Source: Callorhinchus milii (lineage: Eukaryota). From it: 64,000 nucleotides of DNA. Of the stretch, positions 38,271 to 52,169 are shown piece by piece. A model generated the notes under the pieces. The model did no database searches. It was given only the letters and a program-made list of their open reading frames with translations, and was not told the origin of the DNA. The DNA is taken from NCBI RefSeq assembly GCF_018977255.1, contig NW_024704742.1:106456001-106520000 (forward strand), read 5' to 3'. Position 1 is the stretch's first letter, and each line of letters begins with the position of its first letter. Both the position numbers and the translations under genes were made by a program.

Positions 38271-40805
38271 GCAATGGAATGTTCTTCATTATCTGTTTCC
38301 CTCTCCATTTTGATACAGGATTTCAGACTTTACTGAAGCATGGAAGAAATAAGGGGTGTATTCCTCCGGCAACTGCATTTCTGTTACTAGGCAACACAGC
38401 CCTCATCTTAGCAACTGTTGCAGAGTTTGTTGTTGGAGGATATGTCAAGCTTGCTTGTGTTCTTCTGTTGCATTGGACTCTTAAAGTGACATGAAAGCAC
38501 CATGTGCTGTGACAGACCCCCTCAAACATGCTGGCCCATGTGCTATAACTGTACAGTGCCCGAGTCTGCTGCAGATTAACATCACTAACACAGGATGTCA
38601 AACATACAGAAGGTGAGCTGTGGAGACAATCTGGCCAACAAGTACAACTCATCAGTTCCAGTTAATTATTTGTGTGTGAGAGCAAGGCATAATTTTCTTC
38701 AAGGAAATCTTAATACAAGAATAAATTTGTAGGTTCACTGAAAATGTATTCCCCAGATTAAAAACGTTACTTTGTCATTGTCACAGTGGAAAATGGACCT
38801 CAAATCTTTCAAGAAGATTCATTTATAGTTTTCGCTCTTCTTCTCATTGACCGCAGGCTGTTTAAAAACCCAACTGATTTCAGAGTTCCTTGTGTGACCC
38901 TGAGAACTTCAATATCTGGTCATCTATTAGACAGGCCACAAACATTTAAGAGACACTTGTGAGCGTAAGATGGTTCGTTCACACTGCTTTGTTTACCCAG
39001 CAGATGGGTAAATTTAAGTGTTGCGAAAACCACTTCCTCCTCCAATAGGCAGAAGAACTTCAAAGGGATCTTTGGCAACATTTTAAAAACTAATCCCCAT
39101 AGGATTTCTACATATGAGCAACTTAATCTATATGCAAAAGTAACAGGCCTGAAATTTCTTAGCCTGTAAGAACATTTTGTCGTAAAATGTAAGATTATGA
39201 AAACTTGTGGTAACTTCATGAATGCAGTCTTGATTCAGAAGTTGGTTTTCCACAGTTCATCAAAATTAATTGAATAAGTTTCCACAATTGCTCACACTGT
39301 TAAATCTTAAGACAAAAATGGTCCCGGAAGCTAATCCTGGATGAAATTCTGGACCTCTTATTTCTCTTTGATCAACTGCTGGACTGCCAATGTTGGCGTG
39401 GGTGAGACGAGAGACATGAAGCAGGCCGGTGCCCATTGAGAGAAGGGAGAGGCTGGGTCGTAGGGTTTGAGATGGTTGTAGATTTTTGTTTGGTCAGCTG
39501 GCAGAAACCCATCACCATGCTTAAGAGTATCCAAACCACAATGAGAGTTCCATGCATCCCAGCTACACAGAGAAATTCCTGTGCTTGGATTTCTGATTTC
39601 TATTGTTAGACTTTACCATTATCTCCTCAGCCCTGGCTAGGCTGCCAGTTCCCCTTTGCTATGTTACTGGAATGATTATCAATTTGCTTTCAGCAGTATA
39701 AAGAGGGCACAAGATTGGTATGAATTCTTCATGATTAAGCAGTACCAGCTCACTATAACACACTGGTATAATATATATCGTTTATGACTCCATCATAAGC
39801 AGGTGCATATTCCTGCTATACTCTACCTCCTCTGCAACGTATGTATAGCCCAGTAAACAACACACCACACTCAATGTTACACAATAGAGCAGTTAATAGA
39901 GTGTACAAGAAAAGAACACAGGACAATCAGTAAGATTGTAGTTTTCCCAGCCAGCTTTATTGACGTCATATTTCATGCTTGATTTGTGTGAAAATCATTT
40001 CCTTTGAGCAAGTTGGCAATAAACAAGTGCTCTGGGAAAGTGGAAAGCATGGAAGCGCCTTGTGAAGCCACCAGCTGCAGTTTGTGCCCGTTGCTTCCTT
40101 TGCCGACATCACTACAGTCTGTTTATTTACACATGCGGCGTCATACAACCTCACTTCAGAAGTTAAAGCACATTTTAGAATTACAGCTACACTCCAAAGA
40201 CCTGGAGGGATTGTTTTCTCCAACTGTGCATTTCCTCCAAGGTCACTGAAGTTTCAGCGAAGCCAAGAATTTACCAATACCCATAGCTAACTGTGCGTGT
40301 AGTCCGTGTATTAGGAACTGTTCTTATCTCGTTGAATTACATTGTGTACTACTACTAATCTAAGTGGAATATTATAACTCATGTTGTAATCCAAGTCTAA
40401 TTCTATTCCTAAAAGCCATCTGCATTCTTTTGCATTTTCCCACAGTGTTACAAAAAATCTTACAGCCTCTGTGCCAGTGGATGATTTTGAACTCTCAAAA
40501 TATTTAACTTGTTGTTGATTTAAATGTAAGCCAGGTGTTCTGCTGATGGTCCTCTGTGTAACTGCACCATGTAGTGTGGTAAAGATTCACACACTTGCTG
40601 GAAAAATGCCACTCAGTCCTTGGTCTGCACTTCATTGGCTAATTTCAGTTGAGTGGTGGCGGTGGCACGACAAGTGGTTTTGGTGCCTTCTCTTTGGGAT
40701 CTACCAGCCAAAGGGGTCAGTGGGCAACTTGCTCCTATATTTCTGCCAAAGCAGCTTTGACACTAGTTGATGGGAGTTGTGAAGGCAAATGAAAGTGTGA
40801 AAGAG

Positions 40806-41404
40806 AAACAACAACAAAATTACATTTCTATGGCGCCTTTCATGTTGGGAGGACGTCCCAAGGCGCTGGACACTGTACAGCATTTCAGACCCAAGCAGGG
40901 GTCTGTGGGGGAGAAGGGAGGGGAGGGGAAGGGGGGGTGGCCAATGGCATGGTCGAAGAGAAGGGTTTTGAGGCGGGACTTGATGGAGGCTAAGGAGAGG
41001 ACGAGGCAGAGTGATTGGGGGATGGAATTCCAGAGGTTGGGGGCAGAGTGGCTGAAGGCTCTCCCGCCAATGGTAGGGCAGGTGGGTCGGGGGATGTGGA
41101 GCAGGCCAGAGCCGGCTGAGCGGAAGGACAGGGTAGGTTGGTAGGGGGTTAGGAGGTCACAGAGGTAGGGTGGGGCGAGGCCATGGAGGGCTTTGTAGGT
41201 GAGGACCAGGATCTTGAACTGGATCCTCTGAAGGATAGGGAGCCAATGGAGTCAGGCGAGAATGGTGAAGATGGGGTCACGGAGTTTGGACACGGGAGAA
41301 ACTTCCGCTGAAACTTCAGTGACCTTGGACACGGGAGAGGACATGGGCTGCAGAGTTCTGGATTATCTGCAGCCTGTGGAGGAAGGAGTTGGGAAGACCG
41401 ACAA
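40806..41404 (-). mobile_element. L2 LINE 3' end with internal templated insertion
   Basis: (AAC)n, stem-loop tail, LQIIQNSAAHVLS motif. Confidence 0.93.
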
Positions 41405-41849
41405 AGTCTTTTGGTCTAAAAAAAAATCCACTCTTGTATGAAAGTGACTCTCCCTTCAGTTTCTCTCCCTGTGGGCATTGCATGGCTCTTGTCCAGCACT
41501 TTCTTACAAACAACGATGGAGCTTGGGAACTCAGCATGTGACGGTTTCTGAATAAGATTGCAATGCTCTAGTGCCACCCACTGCTCATGCATTAGAGGCT
41601 TGTACTTTTAAATTGATTTCTCCCCAGTTTAACCTTATCCTCGTCCTTTTTGTTCAACCCCTCCCCTCCCTATCCATTCACCATTCCAAACACATGCCCC
41701 CAGGTCTCTACCGACAATGCTGCATAACTTGTTGCCCTAGGAGAGGAAGGAGGGATTCCATCTGGGATGATCTTGCATCTGATTTTTTCTCACTTTTTGC
41801 CGCATCTTGGCTTCACCTCTGGGTTGCCACTCGCATACTCACCCATAAT

Positions 41850-42273
41850 AAACTCTGTACCCCCATCACACCAATTCTAGCCAAACTTCACTGGCCCCCC
41901 ATCACCGAATGGGTCGATTTCAAGATCCTCACACTCGTTTTCAAATCCCTTCATCCCCTCACACTTCCCTACCTCTCCGACCTGCTTACCCCCAACCACG
42001 ACCCACTGCCTCTGCTCGACTGGCTCCGGCCTTCTGCATGGCCCCTGGGCCCTCCGTTCCACCATTGGTGGCTGCACTTTCAGCCACTATGCCCCGAAAC
42101 TATTCCCCTATCCCTCTTGCCTTGCCCTTTCCTTCCCCATTTTCAGGTCACACTTGAAGACCTTCTTATTCGACGTGCCTACAGTCACCTCCCCCTCAAC
42201 CCGACTCAGAGTTGGCACTACTCTGGGACGCTACCCTGTGTGAGGGGCACTTCATAAATTCAAGTTGTTGTTG
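41850..42273 (+). mobile_element. L2 LINE 3' end with type-B tail
   Basis: TPITPILAKLHWPP...FKILTL; tail ctctgggacgctaccctgtgtgaggggcac...caagttgttgttg. Confidence 0.88.
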
Positions 42274-42529
42274 CTGAGATTGTGAATTTACTGATCTGGA
42301 AATTATGCTAGCGGCTTGTTCCTCTCCATGCAGTACAATGTGTTGGTATACCAATAGGACAGGATCACTGTAACCTTCCCAGCAACTGGCATTACAAAAC
42401 AAATAAGGTTGGGTGATTAACGCATGCAAAATAATTCAGCCAATTATTAAAGGGTGGATCATATTAACTAAAATGACTGTGTATATTTAATATTTCAATA
42501 TACTATTTAATATTTCAAAGCACTTACAC

Positions 42530-42912
42530 CAAACCTGACTTAATTGGTAACACTCTCATCTCAATCAGAATTTTGTGGTTTCAAGCACCACATCTAGGCT
42601 GACACTCCTGTATTGTCATTCCTTTCGATGAAATGTTAACCCAAGGTCGCATCTGCATGTTCAGGTTGACATTGAAGATCCCATGGGATTATTTGAAAAG
42701 TAAAGAGAGTTTCTCCTGGTGTCCTGGTCAACAATCCTCCTGAAAAAAATTGACCATTCTCATCATGGCTGTTTGCAGGACATTCCTGTGCCCAAAATGG
42801 CTGTCGCGTTTGCTTACAAAAACACAGTCACTACACTTTGTAATAAATCCTGTGAAGCGCTTAGATACATTTCAACAAATTTGATAAGGTACTGTAGCAA
42901 GCATTATTATTT
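42530..42912 (+). mobile_element. Ancient DeuSINE
   Basis: Head remnant, aagatcccatgg, ttctcctggtgtcctgg, tail. Confidence 0.8.
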
Positions 42913-43257
42913 TGATTTTCATTATACAAGTCAAATTAAGATCCAGTTTTATTAGCCCAATAGATATAGGAATGTGCAGAACTGAAAACAAATGACAAAC
43001 CATCTGGGTGTTTAAATTCCATCGCTTTCTATCTTACATATCTCCCCAATCCTCTTCGCTATCATAGTTTAGTCTAATTCCCTCTTGAAACTGTCCACAG
43101 TGACCTCCACTTCCTCCCTTGGTGAATCATTCCACGTTTTGTAAAAAACATTTCACATTCTTTGTGAAAAAAATTAGACTTCAAGTAAACTAAAGCAGAC
43201 TTAAGGCATTATGTTTAATATTCTTTTTTAATACCTGATAGAATAAGTGCTTAAACC

Positions 43258-43905
43258 TTAATAATACTCCTTGCATTTGATATTGTGCCTTATCACGTCT
43301 TCAAGACGTCTCAAAATGCTTCACAGAATATACTGTAAAGTGAAATAACTGTATATTTTGTGGGTGAAACGTGGTGCCAATTACGCACAGCAGTGTCCCG
43401 AAAACAGTTGTGGATTGAGCCATAAATTATGATTATTATTATGAAGGAATTATTACCCCCAGAAAACCAATACGCTAATCGACTAACAACCGGGTTCCTA
43501 CTTACAGCTAGGTAAACAGAGTGTGTGGAGTAAGGAAACGTGCCCAACGTTTCCCCCTGCCAGGAATCGAACCCAGGTCACTTTCTTGGGAGGAAGTGCT
43601 CTAACCACTGAGCTACAGGACTCCTTATAGAGCCTTATCACAATGTTGAGATGTCTCAAAGCCCTGCACAGAATATATTGTAAAGTGAAGTGACTATATT
43701 TTGTGGAGTGTATTTTGCGGCAGCCAATTGCGCACCGCAGTGTCCCACAAACAGTCGTAGATTGAATGACCAAATTATTATTAATTATTATAATCATTAA
43801 TTAATAATATAACAACAAACTTTGCATTTGACATAGTATCTTATCACGTCTTCGAGACATCTCAAAGCGCTTTACAGAATATACTGAAAAGTGAATTGAT
43901 TGTGG
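43258..43905 (-). mobile_element. Cluster of three same-orientation SINEs (long form 43258-43624, truncated 43631-43780 and 43815-43905)
   Basis: Head GGAGTCC ends at 43624; three separate tail segments. Confidence 0.9.
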
Positions 43906-44559
43906 GATAATTATTATAATGTCTTTCCACTCTGCCCACATGCTTGCCCTTTTAGCAAGTTGAGAGCCAAGATGCTCAGTCAGAGAGACGGACGAAAGAA
44001 TTAGGACTGGACACCTGGACTGTCAGTTGCACATAATGGTGCATTATGATGAATCACAAGGCAATACCAGTCACTTTTTACAGCATTACTGCTTAATCCA
44101 ATATGTGCTGCGGAGGTATTTGCATTACATTAGTGTTCCTAACAGATGTTGGTGGCAGCAGTTGTACTAATTATGAATAAAATATTCAGAACAACATTAT
44201 TTAGTGCACATACATGTTATTTATTTAAGTGCTTATGCATATGTTATTTCCTGAGCATTCTCATTTCCTGATGTGCAGTCTGAATCTACAATTCTTTATC
44301 CTGCTGCATGCCTCCATAGTGAGTCTCCCCAACCCATAAACCAGAGGAAGCAGAAGGTTGGGTCCCAACCTGCCCACAGTCCCTGATGGTGTACAATTAA
44401 TTCCCTCAAGGATCAAGTGCTGCAGTCACAAGTCATTCTGTGTAGGCTGAGAGAGTAACAGAATGTTGGAACAGCTCGATAAGCTTCATTTCGAAATATG
44501 AAAATGCAAAGGAGGACAAACTCTCTTTAGAAGTGAAACTGCTCAGCATGAGGATAATA

Positions 44560-44712
44560 GGAATCATTATGCTTGCATTTAGTATAGCACCTAACCACGT
44601 CACCGAGATGTCTCAAAGTGCTTTATAGCGTTCGCTATAAAATGTGGTGGCTATATTTTGTGGGCGAATGCGGCAGTAAATTTGCAACCATGAATGTCCC
44701 ACAAACAGCCAT
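44560..44712 (-). mobile_element. 5'-truncated SINE
   Basis: Deu 3' core and tail. Confidence 0.75.
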
Positions 44713-44998
44713 GATGAAGTCCTGGATGAGAGCTAATTTTCTCCAGTTGAATATCAACAAAATCGAGGCCCTCCTGATTGGCTCCCATCAGCGCCTCCTC
44801 ACCTCAGCCGCTGACAGCATCACCATCCATGATCGCACACTCCACCTTACTAAGCCAGTCTGGAACCTTGGTCTTGTTTGACCCTCAACTATCCTTTCTA
44901 CCCCACATCTACCATGACCCGCTCTGACTTATCCCACCTCCGCAACATCACCTGCTTCGCCACTGCCTCGTCCCCCAGGCTGCTAAAGCTCTCATTCA
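44713..44998 (+). mobile_element. Internal L2 ORF2 fragment
   Basis: KSWMRANFLQLNINKIEALLIG, matching 6500-6690. Confidence 0.9.
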
Positions 44999-46390
44999 AC
45001 AACAGCAACAACTTGGATTTATATAGCGTCCTCCACACACTAATCCTTATTGTGCTCTAATGTATATTAAACATTGAGCTGTTATTCAGCTGAAAAACAC
45101 AAGAAACTAAAAAAAATTTAACCACAAGAATTTTGCTGTTAAAATTGCTTTCTATGGTATCCAATTGGCTGTCCTACAAACAGCCGTCAAATGTTCTTCT
45201 ACATTACCCAAACACTGTCCAGGAGCAGCCGACACTTCAGACGCTTGTCTATCTGAAGCTTTTATTGGGTATTAGTCAAAGGCAAAGTAATTATTCACTT
45301 TAATTGACAAATATGCAAGTTTAGCAGAAGTTAATTACAGCATTGGTTCTTTATTAACCAACAAATTGTTATCTTATTTAAGTTTTCTTTAAGAAAATTT
45401 TTCTTTCAGAAAATATATAATCACAAGAATTTGATTCAGCCAAACATAACAACTTTAACATAATTGTGTTCACAACGGCTGGTGTCTGCATTGATTTGAA
45501 GTATACACTTATGAAGATGAAAGATGGAGTTAAAAAGACAGAGAAGATGAAACAAGAAGCTACCATCGGGGGAAAATAGTTATCTTCTCTCTTCTCTCCA
45601 CACGTACACCCGTTTTGCCTCCCTGAGGGATGCCAAAGGTGAAGAGAATGGCCAAAAGTAGAATGAAGGACAAACAGACAGGAGAAAGATTAATGGAGAA
45701 AGAGAACAAAAGCAATTGCTAGACTGCTAAAGATGAGCTGGAATTAGGCCTGGAGATGAAACGATCTGGATAATTGATTTAATTATACTGTACTATACAT
45801 TGCATCTCATGAGCTGTCTTCTGAGGTGGTAATGTTACCATAGGCAAGATTCTGCCCCGATGTAGAAATATCAAGGCCCAAAAAGTAAAAAGTGTTATAG
45901 TATGTGGAATTGGTCCTAAATTCAGAAGGGCAACAATCAAATAATATAAAGGAACCACTGATTATAAGCGACTGGAAAAATAAGCAATTAACAAGCCATT
46001 AGTACCAGACAGTTAGCCTAAAATAGTTGTTACTTTTATCGTGCAATATTAAAATCCTAACAATATGTCAAGGTCATCTTTGAAAGAGATTGCACATTAA
46101 AAATTTGCTAATTTTAGAGTCGCACATGTGAGCTTATTATGTGCTCTGGGTACATTTTGTAAGGATGAAATTAGAAATGGGCAATTTAACTGAAATTTTT
46201 CAAGACTAAATGAAACAGTCCCATTATAAATTATCAGACAGTTAAAGATAACTGTGACTTCATTCAATTTAATGTTTAGATATTATCATTCGCCTACAAA
46301 ATACATAGTCATTACACTTTTACAGGAAATCTTGTGAGGGGCTTTGAGACATTCTCCCGATTGTGAAACGTGCTATATCAATGGCTAGGA

Positions 46391-46391
<1 letters not shown>

Positions 46392-46471
<80 letters not shown>
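46392..46471 (+). repeat. (TGTC)20 microsatellite
   Basis: Perfect tetranucleotide run directly after a SINE tail (about 46285-46391). Confidence 0.98.
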
Positions 46472-47011
46472 AATTCACACTTGGTCTTTAATTGTTCTAA
46501 TGTTGTGTTTAGCCACTCCTGGCTGTTTATCTATCATGAGCATGGCCAAATAATTGCTAATCTCATTGATTTTTTAAATTTTCCTACGTTGGTATATTTT
46601 ACCGTGACATTTCGAACTCTAAACTTAAGAGACCTTGGATTACCAAGGTCAAATCTAGATAGAAAGAAGAGGGTAGATCCATACTGCTGCTGTTGAGTGT
46701 TCTTGCTTTTGAACCTTCATGTATCATTAAACAAACTGTTCACAATGATCAGATGCTGAACTCTAATGAAGGCATCCTTAGACAAAATTAAACCCATTAA
46801 AAATGTATGAATATTCCTCCTAATGTAGTGTAACTTCCAACTAATCTATTTTGGACTAACAGAACATTATTAACTCATTTGATTCTTTTTAACGTGCAGT
46901 AAGATTTGAATATAAAATGCAACAAAGTCATATACTGTATTTGTGTATTTACTCAGTGAGTTTAGCTAATTCAGTAGAAGGCTGTAGACACAGCGTATTG
47001 TTTGGCCAATT

Positions 47012-47318
47012 GGAGTCCTGAAGCTCAGTGGTTAGAGCACTCGCTTTGCAAGCGAGAGACCTGAGTTCAGTTCCAGGCAGAACGAAACCTTGGGCAAGTT
47101 TCCTTACTCCACACACCTAATAATCCCTCCAAAACCCAAAACAATAATAAATTGGTCATTTTCAATCTACGACTGTTTGTGGGACATTGCTGTGCGCAAT
47201 TGGCTGCCGCGTTCGCCCACAAATATACAATCAATTCACTTTACAGCATATTCTGTGAAGAGCTTTGGGACGTCCTCCCGACATGAAAAGCGCTATATCA
47301 AATGCAAGGATTATTATT
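47012..47318 (+). mobile_element. Young tRNA(Ala)-like SINE, full length
   Basis: Family match; 4-bp target duplication AATT. Confidence 0.95.
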
Positions 47319-48099
47319 AATTGCCCATATGGTGTGCTTTAATACCATTCTGTAAATTATTTGCGTTATTATTTGGGTTATTAATATCAAGTAAAACAAA
47401 CTAAGCCAAAAAATGGTACAATATGGACTGATTCATATTCATGCTGATGACATAAACTAATCAAGTCCAGTCTAGAATGCCGAGCTTAGACATTTTTTGT
47501 TCCAAACTGATCTTACTCCAGGTCAAAACTTGTTACTGACCCAAAGATATTTCACATTGATTCTGCATTTGCTATGTTTGCCCAAATTATTAAATGTTAA
47601 CTGTTTTAATTGCTTTAATAGTCAAGTCTTGTGAAATTTGAACTTTATGCTGCATTTAAACTACATGTTTGGGATCCAATGGCCACAATGTTGGCAACAA
47701 TTCACCACCAAAAGTCTAATATGAATTAGACTTGGAGTTGGTGGTTCAGTAACAGTGTGATTTGCACCAAGCTGTATGAACAGTGTGTGCAAATTGTGCT
47801 TCTCTGTGGTCTGTTCAATAAGTTAAGTTTTAGTGTTATGCAAGAGACATTTGAACGACTGACTCCATAGTAATATTAAAAATAATAATAAAAAATTCCA
47901 GCCCCCGATTCTCAGCTGTGTGGAGCAGGGATCTGCTTCCTGGGCCCTATCTCAATACTAAGCAGCTTCACCCTCATTAGCGTTGCTTGCCATATGATCT
48001 AACTCTCCACCTACGTTCAGCTACACTGCATTACTATGCATGGTACTAAAGGACTGTAATGTATGGCACAAGTCATTAAGGTTATATATAATGGTTCAA

Positions 48100-48545
48100 A
48101 TACACCCTACAATCCTCAAGGAAATGGCAGAAGAAATACTGTTGGATATTTTTAAGGAACCAAACAAGCACAGGAGCTGTATGTCCCTGAGGGCTGGAGG
48201 ATTACAAATGTTGCCACTATTCAGAAACGGAGACATGAGCCTGAAAATTATAAACCAATTAACTTAACATCTGGGGGAAAATATATGAAAGTATTTAACT
48301 GGATGTGGTTAACATTTATCTAAAGAGCATAGATACTATATGAATCAATCAATACATATGTAGAAGCAACAGGTCACCTACTGAAATGCTTTGATGAAGG
48401 AATCAAAGTAGTAGACAAGGATTATCCTGCAATCTATCTTCTTTGGATTTTCAGAAATCACTTGACAAAGATTTTTAAATAAGGTTAAATAGAATTGATG
48501 AGAAATTAGGTTATTGAATTGAAAATTGGTAATAAGAAGAAGATT
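48100..48545 (+). mobile_element. Highly degenerate CR1 ORF2 (RT) fragment
   Basis: Remnants of NYxPIxLT and DFxKAFDK-like motifs (aattataaaccaattaacttaacatc; ggattttcagaaatcacttgacaa). Confidence 0.6.
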
Positions 48546-48555
48546 CTCTGTAGGT

Positions 48556-48791
48556 CGAAACCTTGGGCAAGTTTCCTTATTCCACAAACATGCCTGATAA
48601 TAATCCTTCAAGAAAAAAATAATAAATTGGTCACTTCAATCCACGACTGTTTGTGGGACACTGCTGTGCGCAATTGGCTGCCATGTTTCACCCTCAAATA
48701 TACAGTCAATTCACTTTACAGTATATTGTGTGAAGCACTTTGAGATATCTAGAAGACGTGAAAACGTTATATCAAATGCAAGGATTATTAT
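48556..48791 (+). mobile_element. SINE short form lacking head
   Basis: Family match with TAGAA tail loop. Confidence 0.9.
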
Positions 48792-48845
48792 GTATTAATA
48801 TAAGTCACAAGATAACAGGATTAGTTCAGACGATTATTTTCTAGA

Positions 48846-49574
48846 GGGGGAGTGTTAGTGTTAGTGTTCAGAGGGATTTGGGTGTCCTTGTACACCAGTC
48901 TCAAGAAGTTAGTTTGCAGGTGCAGCAAGCAACTAAGAAGGTGAACGGCATGTTAGCGTTCATTGCAAAAGGTTTAGAGTACAAGAGTAGGGAAGTCTTG
49001 CTGCAACTGTATAGGGCCTTGGTGAGACCGCACCTAGATTATTGTGTGCAGTTTTGGTCTCCTTATTTATAAAGGACATACTTGCCCGAGAGGGGGTGCA
49101 ACGTAGATTCACTAGGTTAGTTCCTGTGATGAGGGGACTGACCTATGAGGATAGGCTGAATAAACTAGGGCTATATTCTCCAGAGTACAGAAGAATTAGG
49201 GGAGATCTTATTGAAACATATAAGATTCTTAAAGGACTGGATAAAGTAGACACTGAGGGACTGTTTCCCCTGGTAGGAGAATCTATAACCAGGGTCACAG
49301 TCTTAAAATTAAGGGTCAGCCTTTTAGAACAGAGTTGAGGAAACATTTCTTCACTCATATAGCAGCCCAGAAGGCTGTAGATGCTCAGTCCTTGAACATC
49401 TTCAAGGCTGAGACTGATAGATTTTTAAAAAATAGAGGGATTAGGGGATATGGGGATAGGGCAGGTAATTGGAGTTGGGTCTGAAGATCAGCATTGATCT
49501 TATCGAATGGCAGGGCAGGCTCGAGTGGCCGAATGGCCTACTCCTGCTCCTAATTCTTATGTTCTTATGTTCTT
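48846..49574 (+). mobile_element. CR1 (HER1-like) LINE 3' end
   Basis: LYRALVRPHLDYCVQFWSP and RIRGDLIETYKIL motifs; terminal (TTCTTATG)n repeat. Confidence 0.95.
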
Positions 49575-51509
49575 CTGAAGAAAGCTCTTCGGCCAATCCA
49601 ATCTCATCCCTTCAGAACACCCAGCCTACCATCCCCTTATCACTGCATCAAGCTGCTTTTTGAATGAGTCCAGTGTCCAGTTTCAGTCATGAATTACTCT
49701 CTAGTCCTGATCCCTGACTGTTCAGGGCCTTGGGACATCCTTCTGACATTAAAGGCGCTTTACAAATGTAATTTTGTCGTTATTATTGTTGTAAAGAAAA
49801 ACTTCCTGGTATATGTCCTGAAATTGCCCTTTGCAACTCTAAACCTATGTTGTTTTGTTGGCTGCTGGAATAACTAACACATCATTTACGTTAAGTTTCT
49901 CTGCAAAATTATAGCCCTTAAACTTGCTAGATAAAACAATTTCCCTTGCTGCAGAAAGATCTTTGAAGGTTGATTATCTGAAATACTGAAGTTAGTCATG
50001 AAACTACATACAGTATTCTTTGACTAGTCAGGCCAAAGGTAACCGCTAGTCTTCTGTCAAAATAGAATCGAAAGAAATAAATGTAAAATATTTGGCAAAA
50101 TCGAAGAATGTGTCAGTTTCCCGAGAAGGCAGAAACTTCTTTGTTCATCTCCTTTTGAAAGCTATTGGCAGCTTTGTTCTTAGGGTATCAGATTCAGAAC
50201 ATTAACTGCTTAAAGCTTTTGCATTTTATGGAATTTATTCATCTAATTTTAATTCCATAGAATGACCAATGAATTCTACCTCTGTCTTTCTACAGTTACA
50301 GAGCTAATTTGCATCTAACCTCTGTGATTCTGTGTGCAATGTGTTTAATTTAGAGCTGAAGTAGCTTTGTATATTGAACTGTTCAGGTCTGGTAAGGAGA
50401 GCATCAGATATCAGGCATGCTCTTTCAAGCCTGAAAAGAGAGGAGAGGTAACTCATATCTTTCATTAAGACATATAGGGCTTCCTTTCAAATAAAAGTGG
50501 CCAGAACTTCATTGCCGTGTATAATTTGGCTGCCACAATCACCTACACAATAGACTGTCATTACATTTTGCAGTGAAGCTTTTTGAGACGTGCTCCCAAT
50601 GTGAAAAGCGCTATATCAAATTAAAGATTTATTTATTGTTTATATTTCTTTTTCTAGCAGACAGACAACAGCTGGAAGTCTACCTTCTGTTCTGTAAATG
50701 TTCTAATATTTTATTTGTCGTAAATTCCCCCTCCCCTTCTTGTTGCTCAATATTTAACTCCGCCACTGTGCAGTACTCTGAGATGCTATCCTGAATATAA
50801 ATATAGGTTATTGTTGTTATTGTTATAGTCTTCATTGCAGTTAGATAATAATACGTTCAAAAGAAATAAATAACTCTGCCCTGCAAAACTTAATCTAAAA
50901 TAAAGATTCTTTAACTAACTACAGCATATGCCAACGGAACTAATGAAATATACAGAGAATAGTAAAATACAAGATTCTTGTGTGAGTTATGAGGTCTTTG
51001 ACAGTGAAAGCCAATTTCCTGTTTTTTCTTTGAACAAGTTTTATATACAGTCGCTAAAAGGTTATTTTTTGAATAACAAGAGGATGTTATTATGCCACTG
51101 GTGAAGACATATTCCCTCGCTGACTGAGGGCCCAACATTGAAGACTCAGAACTCAAAGCCTCTCACGTATTGATCTTCTCTAATAAAAATACAATAGATA
51201 TATAATCAAGCCCATTTCTATTCAACATGATTCCAAATCACCAGTGATTCTAGTTCCACCATTTTATTTCAAATGCCCCTGGCATGTATATGTATATGCA
51301 CATAATTTTACCATCCTCTTCCTCCCTTATCTTAATTATCCTTGCATTTGATATAGCACTTTATCATGCGCAAAGCACTTCACAGGATATAATGTAAAGT
51401 GGATTGGCTGTGTATTTTGTGGGTAAAACATAAGAATTATTTATTATTTATATTTCTTTTTCCAGCAGAGACACAACAGCTGAAAGACCACATTTTCTTC
51501 TGTAAATTT

Positions 51510-52105
51510 GCATGCATTCATAACAGCCAGGCTTGACCATGGAAACTCCCTGCTTGTTGCAACTCCTCCCTCCATAAGATGAAGATCATCCAGAACTCTG
51601 CAGCCCGTGTCCTCTCCCGCACTAGGCTCCGTGACCCTATCACCCCCATCCTCACCCGACTTCAATGGCTTCCCATCACACAGAGGATACAATTCAAGAT
51701 CCTGGTCCTCATCACCAAAGCCCTCCATGGCCTTGCTCCCCCTACCTCTGCAACCTTCTAACTCCTACCAATCTGCCCGCTCCCTCCGCTCAGCAGGCTC
51801 CGGCCTGTTTCACGTCCCCCACCTTGCCCACCCCACCATTGGCGGACGGGCCTTCTGCCACTCTGACCCCACCCTCTAGAACTCCATCCCACAGTCCCTT
51901 CACCTCGGCCCCTTCCTTGCCTCTTTCAAGACCTGTCTTAAGACTCTCCTCTTCGACTGTACCTTCGGTCACCCTGCTTACCCCCTTGCCATTCACCCTT
52001 CTCGATCCCAATCCCCAGCTCACGTCCAAAACACCGATTGTCCAGCGCCTTGGGACATCCTCCCAACGTGAAAGGCGCAATACAAATGTAATTTTGTTGT
52101 TGTTG
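51510..52105 (+). mobile_element. L2 LINE 3' end
   Basis: IIQNSAARVLSRTRLRDPITPIL...QRIQFKIL; tail; TGTAAAT on both sides. Confidence 0.95.
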
Positions 52106-52169
52106 TAAATGTTCCAATATTTTATTTGTAGTAAATTCCCTTTCCCCTCTCCACTGCATGATATTGAAC

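Noticed and set aside
38319..38652. Acceptor plus overlapping ORFs on both strands
   Set aside because: No donor or homology support; could be UTR or chance
41571..42257. 228-aa ORF, the longest in the window
   Set aside because: Second half is degenerate L2 ORF2; first half has no coding features
46370..46696. ORF with CLSV repeats
   Set aside because: Translation of the (TGTC)n microsatellite
50296..50391. AG...GTAAG bounded segment
   Set aside because: Stops in all three frames; a non-coding exon cannot be supported from sequence alone
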